Shown: positions 55,069 to 63,964 of the stretch, piece by piece | How the letters are laid out: every line of letters starts with the position of its first letter | How positions within the stretch are numbered: position 1 is the first letter of the stretch | Notes under the pieces: generated by a model | The model's input: only the letters and a program-made list of their open reading frames with translations | Told to the model about the DNA's origin: nothing | Database searches by the model: none | Origin: an uncultured Methanoregulaceae archaeon | Lineage (GTDB): Archaea; Halobacteriota; Methanomicrobia; Methanomicrobiales; Methanospirillaceae | Assembly (NCBI GenBank): GCA_963701095.1 | Contig: OY969564.1 | Coordinates: 352,001-416,000 of the forward strand | Reading direction: 5' to 3' | DNA: 64,000 bases | Made by a program: the position numbers and the translations under genes

Positions 55069-55847
55069 TATCAACTCTTGAGATCATGGAGCACTCACGT
55101 GAGCTCGGCGTGCCACCATCAACCATCGAACGAGACTATGCACAGAACTGGCTCCTTGCCGCCTTGCGTCCTATCAATATAGCTCTTAAAGGAGGAACTG
55201 GCATCCGGAAAGTGTTTATTGAAAACTACCGTTTTTCCGATGACCTTGATTTTACTCTCCTTGAGCCGATCGATGCTGTTACAATGCGAGCCGCAGTTCA
55301 CGATGCAGTTATACAGGTTCGCGATGAGAGCGGTATCCAGTTCGAAAATGAACTCAGCTTCCGAGAAACCAAGAACGGTTTTAAGGCAACTGCCCGGTTC
55401 CGGATCCTGAACCGTCACTCTGCATCCCCGGTAAAAATCGATTTGGACCTGACGAGCCCAAATCAGGAGATGGTTTTGCTTCCGGTCAGTATGCGCCCAG
55501 TCTTCCATCCATATTCCGATAGACTTCAGGGATCTATAACATCGTATGCGCTAGAAGAGATTTTGGCTGAGAAGATTCGCTCTATCTTCCAAAGGACCCG
55601 TTCTCGCGATCTCTATGATGTCTGGCAACTCGCAGATCTTGTGAACCGTGAGAATGTGAGATCAATTCTTTACCAAAAATGCGATTACAAAGGTGTTATT
55701 GTAGACACCGCTATGTTAAAAGTCAAGCGGGACCGGTTTGAAGCGGATTGGAGGGTTTCTTTAGGTCATCAAATGAGACAGATACCCGATTTCAATGAGG
55801 CGTTTGATAAAATCCTGGTTGAGATTGAGGATTATTTAAAAGAGTAA
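55065..55847 (+). CDS. abiEii: Type IV TA toxin, AbiEii-family nucleotidyltransferase
   Basis: IERDY, LKGGTGI, RFSDDLDF, AEKIRS, RSRDLYD; ATGA overlap with the antitoxin. Confidence 0.9.
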   Translation: MISTLEIMEHSRELGVPPSTIERDYAQNWLLAALRPINIALKGGTGIRKVFIENYRFSDDLDFTLLEPIDAVTMRAAVHDAVIQVRDESGIQFENELSFRETKNGFKATARFRILNRHSASPVKIDLDLTSPNQEMVLLPVSMRPVFHPYSDRLQGSITSYALEEILAEKIRSIFQRTRSRDLYDVWQLADLVNRENVRSILYQKCDYKGVIVDTAMLKVKRDRFEADWRVSLGHQMRQIPDFNEAFDKILVEIEDYLKE

Positions 55848-55915
55848 ATAGTCAGCGTTAATGAATCTGATAGGATCGCAGGACTTGAGATTTCATCCAG
55901 AGTATTCTGTTTCAA

Positions 55916-56290
55916 TCAATCGATTCTTTGCGCCATTTCAATTGCAGTACGCAGTTGACGCATATTGTAGGGTTTTAACAGGTACCCGTCGGGTAAGGTT
56001 TGACGAGCGGTGTTCAGGATTTCCGGTTCGTCGTGTGCGGTGACGTAGATAAAAGGGATATCGGTGTTATTAACGAGATGATCACCGACAATGACACCCT
56101 CGGGTTTTCCCTGGAGCATCAGATCTATCAAGACTATGTCAGGGTTTACTTCTTTGATCTTTGCGATTGCGTCCTGAAAGGTTGCAGCCGATCCGGCACA
56201 CGCATATCCCAGTTTTTCTAAAAATGCTTTGAGAAGTTGGGTCTGATCCGCCTCGTCTTCAACAAAAAAAACACGTTTTGGCGCTGTCAT
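55916..56290 (-). CDS. Stand-alone response regulator receiver protein
   Basis: FVEDE, VLID, YVTA, LLKPY; GGAGG RBS. Confidence 0.88.
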   Translation of the reverse strand: MTAPKRVFFVEDEADQTQLLKAFLEKLGYACAGSAATFQDAIAKIKEVNPDIVLIDLMLQGKPEGVIVGDHLVNNTDIPFIYVTAHDEPEILNTARQTLPDGYLLKPYNMRQLRTAIEMAQRID

Positions 56291-56560
56291 GGTATCCTCC
56301 TATATCGTTGTTTAGATGCTACTGTTACATCAAACCTGCAACCGTTTACAGGGACGATGAAGTGAAAGTCAATTTAATATAAATTAATCTTTATGATTAA
56401 TAATAAATCTGCATAGTGGTCCGGTAAAATACCAGGTTTGTTTTTTTCTAATTGTGCAATTCTTTCAATTCGTGCTTGAAAACGCCTGTTTATCTAAGTA
56501 CCCGTAGATTCTTTTGTGTCATTTCCGCGTCCGGACACGTGATGACAGAGTTGAACGGCT

Positions 56561-57235
56561 ATGTCATCAGCAACCAGCACCACAATGTCAAATCTCCTGA
56601 CAGCATCCATCACGCTCATCGCAGGATACATGGGGATTACAATCCCCAACGGCACCGCTTTACCCGCAATGGCAGTCATCATTGTTGCCGCAATAGTATC
56701 GCATTTCCATAACAGCAATCTCATATCAGAGATCGAATCTGCATTTGAAGGAACCGCCAATTCATCGCCCCAGACCTCTTCCAATAGTTCGAAGGTAACA
56801 CCTTCTAGCACGCAATCTTCCGTACCTGTAGCAGTTACCCCATCTGTACCAGCACCTCAGACAACTCCGGCACCGTCATCTGCAACCGCTACCGCAGCTT
56901 CGTCATGGATCCAGAATGCTAACGGTACCTATACCAACACGGTCACCGGACGAACATACGCTACACTCGCCCTCGGATATTCCATCGAAGCGACCATTGC
57001 TGCAGCCCAGGCATCGACTGCAGGTACACCACATACGGTCGTTACCCCGAACGGTCAGCAGTTCAGTACCACTTATTCCCAGTACTGGATGGACCCTACC
57101 TACAACACGGCCATCTATGGCACACCCTCTGCTGCTGTGAAAGCGGCATACTCGGATGCCACGTATGCATTTGCCATCGCTCAATACACGATAGGCGCTA
57201 CAACCACGGCCCCGGCCGTTCCGACAACTTCCTAA
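56561..57235 (+). CDS. Ser/Thr/Ala-rich membrane protein of unknown function
   Basis: Two N-terminal hydrophobic segments, S/T/P linker, C-terminal Tyr/Thr-rich domain; acc/gca codon bias like the capsid remnant. Confidence 0.65.
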   Translation: MSSATSTTMSNLLTASITLIAGYMGITIPNGTALPAMAVIIVAAIVSHFHNSNLISEIESAFEGTANSSPQTSSNSSKVTPSSTQSSVPVAVTPSVPAPQTTPAPSSATATAASSWIQNANGTYTNTVTGRTYATLALGYSIEATIAAAQASTAGTPHTVVTPNGQQFSTTYSQYWMDPTYNTAIYGTPSAAVKAAYSDATYAFAIAQYTIGATTTAPAVPTTS

Positions 57236-57246
57236 TCATATATACC

Positions 57247-57333
57247 GGGTCCGTGTTTGCCTGCCGTCTGGACCTGTCTCCCGGCACGGCGCAAAACCCT
57301 GTTCGAGGGTGCGGTTCATCCCGCCCGGACTCA
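57247..57333 (+). ncRNA. Putative tRNA-like cloverleaf RNA (not a canonical tRNA)
   Basis: GGGTCCG/CGGACTC+A 7-bp closing stem; long tttgc..gccgt/acggc..gcaaa arm; accct-gttcg-agggt hairpin; gcgg-ttcatc-ccgc T-like arm. Confidence 0.45.
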
Positions 57334-57395
57334 TCTCCCGTGTAGCCAGACAACCACCTGCCACCGTCATCTCTGGCTGCCGGGAAAATCACTCC

Positions 57396-58040
57396 ATGAA
57401 AACCTACCCTCCCCTGCCCGGGATACCGCAGTGCAACTCCACCTCCACACGAGGAAATAAAATTGTCTGGATGAATGGGCCTGAAGGATATCATTATTTC
57501 CGGCAGGTTGAATTTACTGTTTATCGAAATGAGCGCCCTGTAAACCTGGAATGGATTGTCGAGAATTGCCCCCGTATTAATCATATTAACGCATATGAAA
57601 AACCCCTTCCGTGGAATAAGATAGATGGCGATATGCAAACGATCCACGCGTGGTATCTTCGGAATTATGATTATGATTGTGACCCCGAAGGCAATTACAA
57701 ATTCGCCGCACCGGGTGAGGCAATTTTTCCATATCTTGTGGGATGGGTGCCGGGCTCAACATGTGGGGATTGTTACACTCTCGATAATCCACAAAATAAA
57801 ATCCCGCATTGGGTTATGACTAGGAAAAAATACGGAGACGGGAATTTTGGGTATTGTTATGATGCAATACACTACCGTGCTGACCACGCTCATACCCCCG
57901 GACAATACAACCACCTGAAAAGCATCGAATTGGATTTGGAAAATGCGTTAAGGGCGTACAAATCCACGCATAAAGAAAATTGGTTCGATCCCACATTATG
58001 GGATATGGGATTGGAACCTTCTGGATGGGGAATCCACTAA
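57396..58040 (+). CDS. Hypothetical protein (aromatic/Cys/His-rich)
   Basis: 214-aa ORF from ATG 57396. The track's GTG start at 57309 lies inside the structured RNA. Confidence 0.55.
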   Translation: MKTYPPLPGIPQCNSTSTRGNKIVWMNGPEGYHYFRQVEFTVYRNERPVNLEWIVENCPRINHINAYEKPLPWNKIDGDMQTIHAWYLRNYDYDCDPEGNYKFAAPGEAIFPYLVGWVPGSTCGDCYTLDNPQNKIPHWVMTRKKYGDGNFGYCYDAIHYRADHAHTPGQYNHLKSIELDLENALRAYKSTHKENWFDPTLWDMGLEPSGWGIH

Positions 58041-58060
58041 TCAAAATTTAGGTGAATAAA

Positions 58061-58273
58061 ATGACTGAAAAAATAATTAATATCGATAACAGGGAGCGTG
58101 TTTTTGTTCCCTGTCAATGTAAAGACTGCCTGAATACAACCGCGTATATGGTAGGCGATACCTACCGGCGGAGATATTGCAATTTCCATTATCGACAAAT
58201 CCACAATGATCTAATTGCCAAAGGTGCGACGGCAGAAGAATTAAAGAAGGCACTTCTGGAGGATTTGGTATGA
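58061..58273 (+). CDS. Small zinc-finger protein
   Basis: AGGTGA RBS; CQCKDC...YCNFH; ATGA overlap with the next gene. Confidence 0.6.
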   Translation: MTEKIINIDNRERVFVPCQCKDCLNTTAYMVGDTYRRRYCNFHYRQIHNDLIAKGATAEELKKALLEDLV

Positions 58274-59760
58274 CGGAAACTATACCCGGTCTGAATATCT
58301 CATTATCTGATCTGGATATTGAAACTCCGTTAATTCTTCATGGTTCTGATAAATACAACCACGATGAGACAATTCAAAAAATCATACAGATTCTTGTTTA
58401 TAACGAAGTGAACCAGAAGGATCTAAAATATGAAAGATTCTTAAAACCCTTAAAGAAGGGCGAACAGGAATCAAAATTTTATCCACTAACAAAGGACGAA
58501 TTAAAAATCTGTATCGAAAAATCAAAGGAAATAATTCTATCCATTCATCGGATGAATGAAGAGAAAACACAAGCAACAGAGGATCAACTCAACCAAGGAC
58601 GAGAAACCATACAGAAGATGAGAGAGGAGAGACTAGAGAAAGAAGAACAAAACAATATTGAACTTCTGGAATATGCCGGATCGATATTCTATGGAGGGGA
58701 TTTCATCGAATATTGTAAGGCGGTTTTTGAAAAGATATGGTATGGAGATGAGTATGTACTAGAGGCGGTTCTTTATCAATCAGCAATTGCCAGAATGAAA
58801 AACCCCTATGATGGGTTGCATCTTCATATTGCCGGATCAACACAGATGGGAAAATCTGATAGTATAGTTCATTCTCTCTATTTCGTTCATCCTTCTGACG
58901 TTCTGAATATGAAATTCTCAAAACAATGGATGTTCTATACCAAAAAATTACATGAAAGAATGATTCTGTTTAACGATGATGTGACGATGGGACCGGATGA
59001 GGCGCAACACCTGCGGGCATTTCTCACTTCTTGGAAGACGGGAAACAAAAGAGGAGTTGTAATAAATGGGGATGAAAGGGAATTATCAATTCCCCGGCGT
59101 GTAAGTCTCATCTTAACAAGTGTGGAAAATGTTTCTAAAGAATCTGAAGATGCACAAGACGAAAGCAGGTTCTTAACGGTGAATATGCGAAACAGATCAC
59201 CGGAAACAGAGAAAGCAGTAAGAAAATTCATGCAGCAACCCCCGGTTGACATATCACGAGAACTAAAAATAATCCATCTGATATGGGATTATTTCGTAGA
59301 GCCAGAAAAAATAAAGGTTGAACTTCACGACACGATAGAAAAAGAAATGCCAAACAGGGAGTTTAAGCGATTTCTTTCAATGATACAGGCACATGCTCTC
59401 CTTTGCGGTAGAACAAAAACGACTAAAGAAGATACGGATGCAATAGATATTTTCTTACTAAACACGCGTCCGATGTTAAACGCAACCACGGCGGGATTTA
59501 CCAATAACGAATTGTGTGTATCCGAATGTCTCAGTACGGAAAATTGGATGAGCACAAGGGAGATACAAGAGAAAACAGGTATGAGTTATGCAAATGTAGC
59601 AAGGGCATTACATGGTAACAAAGGTACTTTTGAGAATCCAACCAATGGACTTTTGGTAAAATCCAAAATCCAACAGAAATTAAACAGAGATGAAAATGAA
59701 AACAACGTTCGAAAATTCAAGAAAATGGTGGTTGGTGCGGCAGTACAGACAAAATTTTAA
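58270..59760 (+). CDS. Putative replication ATPase/helicase (MCM-like AAA+) with C-terminal winged helix
   Basis: Walker A GSTQMGKS, Walker B ILFNDD, sensor LILTS, arginine finger DESRF, wHTH MSTREIQEKTGMSYANVARAL; iterons follow immediately. Confidence 0.7.
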   Translation: MTETIPGLNISLSDLDIETPLILHGSDKYNHDETIQKIIQILVYNEVNQKDLKYERFLKPLKKGEQESKFYPLTKDELKICIEKSKEIILSIHRMNEEKTQATEDQLNQGRETIQKMREERLEKEEQNNIELLEYAGSIFYGGDFIEYCKAVFEKIWYGDEYVLEAVLYQSAIARMKNPYDGLHLHIAGSTQMGKSDSIVHSLYFVHPSDVLNMKFSKQWMFYTKKLHERMILFNDDVTMGPDEAQHLRAFLTSWKTGNKRGVVINGDERELSIPRRVSLILTSVENVSKESEDAQDESRFLTVNMRNRSPETEKAVRKFMQQPPVDISRELKIIHLIWDYFVEPEKIKVELHDTIEKEMPNREFKRFLSMIQAHALLCGRTKTTKEDTDAIDIFLLNTRPMLNATTAGFTNNELCVSECLSTENWMSTREIQEKTGMSYANVARALHGNKGTFENPTNGLLVKSKIQQKLNRDENENNVRKFKKMVVGAAVQTKF

Positions 59761-59777
59761 AAATTAAAATACGCCCG

Positions 59778-60062
59778 ATTAACACGGATTACGCGGAATT
59801 ACACAGCAATTTACACACTTTTTTTTAAACCTTCGGGGCCATTTACACATTTACACGTTTTTTGGTGTTTGCGAGCAAGCAACCAAAAAAATATTTTCAA
59901 AATTCATACGCGTTCTATGAAAATCATTATACACGTTCTAAAAATGAAAAATATTTTTCAAAATACCCCCCTCTCATTTTTGTGTAAATAGGTGTAAATG
60001 TGTAAATGCTCCTCTATAATAATAAAAAATAATAATGTAAATAGGTGTAAATAGGTGTAAAT
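59778..60062. repeat. Converging ATTTACAC/GTGTAAAT iterons around an AT-rich core (probable replication origin)
   Basis: ATTTACAC at 59809, 59841, 59849 (plus 3 degenerate); GTGTAAAT at 59982, 59992, 60000, 60045, 60055 (plus 60035); palindrome tgaaaaatatttttca at 59945-59960. Confidence 0.8.
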
Positions 60063-60319
60063 CATTGTTAATGGACAAAACGGAGTTTAATTCTTTGTCC
60101 GTTTCCACTTTTTCAGAGGTGCGTATTCATAACTATATCCACAAAGTTATGAACTTCATATACATTCTATCCCACCACCCGGCGCTTCAATATGCGTTCT
60201 GTTATGAACCGCTCATAACCCCCCGTGGAGGGTTTCATCTCGCGTTCTGTTATGAATTATCCCAACACCCGCGTTCTATCCAGCAATCGATCCAACCCAG
60301 TTACCCCACAACGCCCGCG

Positions 60320-60414
60320 TGGTTATACAACTTCGACGTAGTTATACAACTTGTTTTGTGGTTGTATAACTTCGACGTGAATATAGTTGTATAACTTCCT
60401 TGTAGTAATACAAC
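60320..60414. repeat. GTTATACAAC x2 / GTTGTATAAC x2 repeat cluster
   Basis: Direct copies at 60322 and 60341, inverted copies at 60361 and 60386; ttcgacgt follows copies 1 and 3. Confidence 0.8.
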
Positions 60415-60472
60415 CATTATAGGGCTTTGTACCTAAAGTCCGATCAAGGATGAGTCAAACTTGGCGACAACA

Positions 60473-61063
60473 TCACTCATGCCTTTGGTTTTGCCACTTT
60501 TTCCACGCAGAAAGGATCATTGACGCCTCAAGGGGAGTTTTAGGCGAATTGGTTAAGCGCATCCCGCCTAACCGCCCGCGCAGATATAAAGCATCAGTGT
60601 CTTTAGGTGTAAACCGCAACACATAATCTAGGCACCACAACGCTTCCTGATATCGCTTAAGATTAAAGAGCGCCCACGAATAGTTATACAGCGTCGCACA
60701 ATTAACCACCGGCAGGGTGTTGGCCTTCTGGCTACCGAGCAACAGGAGGATTAATCCGGCGATGCTCTCGTTTTGATTGTCTATGTAAAAATCCCCCACA
60801 CCCTCTATCAGTAGATTGCCACGTAACGATTTCTCCCATGCCAGCAACGCAGCTGGGAGATCACCTATATTTGAATAGGCATAACCCAATGTCCACCAGT
60901 CAAAAAGTGTCATGCTCTCTGGTGGAACCTCTTTCATCGTCGTAATGCACTTTTCCCATTCCTTCGCACTGGCGAACTTTGTTGCATCCTTGGCAAGTGA
61001 GTGCGTCTCCATCGGGTATGGCTTCGTTTTCTCCTTCTTTTTCAGAAAGTCAAAAATGCCCAT
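60473..61063 (-). CDS. TPR-repeat protein
   Basis: WWTLGYAYSNIGDLPAALLAWEKSL and YNYSWALFNLKRYQEALWCLDYVLRFTPKDTDALYLRG. Confidence 0.75.
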   Translation of the reverse strand: MGIFDFLKKKEKTKPYPMETHSLAKDATKFASAKEWEKCITTMKEVPPESMTLFDWWTLGYAYSNIGDLPAALLAWEKSLRGNLLIEGVGDFYIDNQNESIAGLILLLLGSQKANTLPVVNCATLYNYSWALFNLKRYQEALWCLDYVLRFTPKDTDALYLRGRLGGMRLTNSPKTPLEASMILSAWKKWQNQRHE

Positions 61064-61323
61064 TGTTATCAACTAAATTATCATTTCAAAAATATATTAA
61101 GTTCGGGCTAGGGCTTAATGTCAGAGTTCTTCATTAAGACCACCGCGAGACTTACGCATAAGATAAAAAAAAGATTGTGGGCTTTTTGGAATGCTGGACA
61201 GGTAAGAAACACATCCGCTCTTATATTTTAGGTGCAAGTCAAAGACTTTAGGTGCAGAACGCAACTTCAGATGCCCCATTATAGGAAATGTTTATATACA
61301 TAAATTATCTAGGCATATATATT

Positions 61324-61611
61324 ATGATTGGTTCTGACAAACAAATGGTTAACGTTGCGCTTCTCCGTGAAGATGTCGAACGCATTAAGAAATTGAAGAA
61401 ACCTGTATCGGAGTTTTGCTGTGAGACGGTAAGCGAACGATTAAGGATTATCGAATTGGCAAAAGAGAACACGGTGCAGGATTGGATGTATGTGGATGCA
61501 GACACGGTGACGGATACAGACCAGATAGTTATTGAGCCGGATCCGGTTCATGATGATCCCCCGGTTATGAAAACAAACCCGGATTGGTCTAAACTTTTTG
61601 CCAGAGTATAG
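61324..61611 (+). CDS. Small ribbon-helix-helix-like DNA-binding protein
   Basis: VNVALLREDVERIKKLKKPVSEFCCETV beta-alpha-alpha pattern; TTTATATA box and tttaggtgca repeats upstream. Confidence 0.5.
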   Translation: MIGSDKQMVNVALLREDVERIKKLKKPVSEFCCETVSERLRIIELAKENTVQDWMYVDADTVTDTDQIVIEPDPVHDDPPVMKTNPDWSKLFARV

Positions 61612-61905
61612 ACGCGTATTACATCATCATGAAATAGAAATCATACGCGTTCTATCGTCGCTGCTAATAATAATAAAATCGCATAGCGCGGTTTCTGTGG
61701 TTTTTACACAAACCACATGCACTTATGCGATCCGGCAGCACTTTTGCCACTGGGCGCAATCTGTGCGGGTCACGGAATGATGTGAGCGGGTGGAGGGAAT
61801 CAACATCTTGATGAATCATCAAAAGCGTATTTTGAAATTCATAAATACATTTATGATTTTCACCAAACCGATAGGTATTTGCCCATTTGAATAAATCAAT
61901 CGTGT

Positions 61906-62130
61906 ATGGTAAAATGGGAAATCATTATACCCGGTATAATTTGTTTCGTAATTGGTATAGCGGCAATTGTTTATGCAGCAAGTTTGGGAACTTCGTCTAA
62001 TATCCCCAATACTTCGTGGACAGAATCACAAATTCTTGGATATCCCGTCCGGGTAATTGGTGAATATATCTTTGGAGTTAGTTTGATTATAATAGGGCCT
62101 TATTTGATGAATAAAGGGTGGAAGTTCTAA
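61906..62130 (+). CDS. Small two-TM membrane protein
   Basis: 74 aa with two hydrophobic helices. Confidence 0.6.
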   Translation: MVKWEIIIPGIICFVIGIAAIVYAASLGTSSNIPNTSWTESQILGYPVRVIGEYIFGVSLIIIGPYLMNKGWKF

Positions 62131-62324
62131 CATCCTACCCTTTTAACTTCGATAAATGCGCCACTTATCGTTAAAATTGTAGCAATGAGAACCATGTAAA
62201 AACCACTATCCAAATTTTCTGGAATTCGTAAATATTCACCTAATAGAAGTTCAACCATAATGATACCAGCAATTCCCATAAACCAATAGGCAATTAATTT
62301 TTGATTGTCTCTAAAAAATGTCAT
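62127..62324 (-). CDS. Small two-TM membrane protein
   Basis: 65 aa; GAGGAG RBS; ATGA overlap with the upstream gene. Confidence 0.6.
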   Translation of the reverse strand: MTFFRDNQKLIAYWFMGIAGIIMVELLLGEYLRIPENLDSGFYMVLIATILTISGAFIEVKRVGC

Positions 62325-62602
62325 AGATTACACTCCTCTATCTTCACACTTCCCAACCACGCACCAAAAAATACCAGGCAAAAGGCAAGCACGATTAAAT
62401 CCCCGATGAGAGCATACCCACCGTACTGAGCCGGCGCCGTGTGTATTGTATCGGTGAATCCAGCCATCATGTTTGAATAGTACGCATCCACGATCCGGGG
62501 CATTATCGAAGAGAAAAACGCCAATATCAAAAAAGAGGGTATGAGGATAAAGGAAAGTCTAGTTTTTATTGGAGATCTCCTTATCTCGTATGCGGTTATC
62601 AT
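62321..62602 (-). CDS. Small two-TM membrane protein
   Basis: 93 aa; ATGA-coupled on both sides. Confidence 0.6.
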   Translation of the reverse strand: MITAYEIRRSPIKTRLSFILIPSFLILAFFSSIMPRIVDAYYSNMMAGFTDTIHTAPAQYGGYALIGDLIVLAFCLVFFGAWLGSVKIEECNL

Positions 62603-62733
62603 TTTTCCAACCGCACAACAAGATCCGGATACACTTCTAATATTCCCAAAAGTGCCTCTTCGGGAATATCTACCAACACCCCGCCGTCTTTAATTTCTAA
62701 TCCGGTATCAGTCGTATCCAAAATCATCCCCAT
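62599..62733 (-). CDS. Tiny acidic hypothetical protein (44 aa)
   Basis: MGMILDTTDTGLEIKDGGVLVDIPEEALLGILEVYPDLVVRLEK; stop overlaps the next ATG. Confidence 0.45.
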   Translation of the reverse strand: MGMILDTTDTGLEIKDGGVLVDIPEEALLGILEVYPDLVVRLEK

Positions 62734-62869
62734 CCTCAAACTGGTGCTCCAGCTTCCATGCAAAGTCCTCATTTCTCTGCGCCAAAAATGCCAGTTCTTC
62801 TATGGATGCATAAAACGGTTCTCCGTTTTCATCGGCAATCACTGTGTAAAATTCGTTTTTACGCACCAT
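62708..62869 (-). CDS. Tiny acidic hypothetical protein (53 aa)
   Basis: MVRKNEFYTVIADENGEPFYASIEELAFLAQRNEDF...; TGATG-coupled to the upstream ORF. Confidence 0.5.
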   Translation of the reverse strand: MVRKNEFYTVIADENGEPFYASIEELAFLAQRNEDFAWKLEHQFEDGDDFGYD

Positions 62870-63015
62870 CAGAAATCACGTGGTTCTCCTGTCTCACGGC
62901 ATAATTCCCGGCAGCATTTTGTACAAATTATCGCCAATGGTGTATCGAAATACTGCCGGCGCTTGTGCGTTTCACAGAGACGGCATTTCCTTACTCTCCA
63001 CGGGCCGGAACTCAT
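62869..63015 (-). CDS. Tiny C4 zinc-finger protein (48 aa)
   Basis: MSSGPWRVRKCRLC...ICTKCC; starts 5 nt after the stop of the 63020 ORF. Confidence 0.5.
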   Translation of the reverse strand: MSSGPWRVRKCRLCETHKRRQYFDTPLAIICTKCCRELCRETGEPRDF

Positions 63016-63019
63016 GATA

Positions 63020-63331
63020 TCACAAAATCCTTTTCCCCATCGCATATACCGCCGTGCCGCTTCCAAACGCCGGTCTTTTCTTGGCAGCGGGCCGGTGTTG
63101 GGTTTGTGCTCTCTGTTGTGCGGTTTGTGCCCGCTGTGCATACGCGGCAGCTTCCCCGGGTGTGATTATTTTCCCGTTCAAACTTCGATACCCCTGATTT
63201 GCCAGATACTTCATTGCCGCTTGTGATATTGCCGCTTGCGAAGCGCCGGGATTTGCACGGGCGATTTTGTTATAAATCGCGTTAAATGCTGCTTGTGCCG
63301 CTGGACTTGCATTTAGTTTAGGTGGTGTCAT
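63020..63331 (-). CDS. Ala/Gln-rich basic hypothetical protein
   Basis: GAGGGAGTGA RBS; 103 aa. Confidence 0.6.
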   Translation of the reverse strand: MTPPKLNASPAAQAAFNAIYNKIARANPGASQAAISQAAMKYLANQGYRSLNGKIITPGEAAAYAQRAQTAQQRAQTQHRPAAKKRPAFGSGTAVYAMGKRIL

Positions 63332-63436
63332 GTGCGATCACTCCCTCTAAACGACGCGCCGGCCACATGTGCATTTTTACGACTATGCGGAATGCGGAGT
63401 TTGAGATTTGAACTTGTCTTAACCCGTGTGTAGATT

Positions 63437-63592
63437 TCATTCCCTGTCACCACCACGGCCACCAAAGAAAGAAAATCGTTTCTTTTCTCCCTGTTCTGCA
63501 TTCTTGCTAATTCTACCGAGAAACCCGGTTTCATTATTTATGTTTTGATTTACACGATCCCACTGTGAACCCTTCTTATCTAAAAATCCCAT
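63437..63592 (-). CDS. Tiny hypothetical protein (51 aa)
   Basis: MGFLDKKGSQWDRVNQNINNETGFLGRISKNAEQGEKKRFSFFGGRGGDRE; AGGACGTGA upstream. Confidence 0.4.
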   Translation of the reverse strand: MGFLDKKGSQWDRVNQNINNETGFLGRISKNAEQGEKKRFSFFGGRGGDRE

Positions 63593-63736
63593 ATTAATCA
63601 CGTCCTGAATTTTTCTTAAATCAACCGATATTCAAACCACGATTTACTTTTTCATTATATCTGGTGATATCCCCTTCCGCATCCTTCCGGATCGGCACTT
63701 CTTGCTTTTCACGAATGATAAAAATTCTATCCATCA

Positions 63737-63964
63737 TTACCGCCTCCGTGAGGGTTTCTTTTTTCTTTTCGCTGTAGTGGATTTTTTTGGAAGACTTGAA
63801 CCAATACCAAACCCGCCTCCGGACATAAGACCAGACATGCCAGGAACAGAACTTGGAACAGACCAAAGAGAATGATAATTATCATTCGCAGTTTTTTTAT
63901 TCGATACTCCTATAGGCGCAGTAACCCATGTACCAGAAACATTCTCCCAGCCACTACTACGCAT
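63737..63964 (-). CDS. Small Ser/Gly-rich protein with a highly basic C-terminus
   Basis: GAGG RBS; ends KKSTTAKRKKKPSRRR; stop overlaps the next ATG (MMDRIF..., 63737-63621). Confidence 0.5.
   Translation of the reverse strand: MRSSGWENVSGTWVTAPIGVSNKKTANDNYHSLWSVPSSVPGMSGLMSGGGFGIGSSLPKKSTTAKRKKKPSRRR

Noticed and set aside
57310..57340. Hammerhead ribozyme on the minus strand (gagatgagtcc...ggatgaac)
   Set aside because: The core deviates from CUGAUGA/GAAA at essential positions and no convincing stems I and III were found; the plus-strand cloverleaf explains the pairing better.
59778..60414. CRISPR array
   Set aside because: The repeats are 8-20 bp, irregularly spaced and in both orientations, with no unique spacers of constant length and no cas genes.
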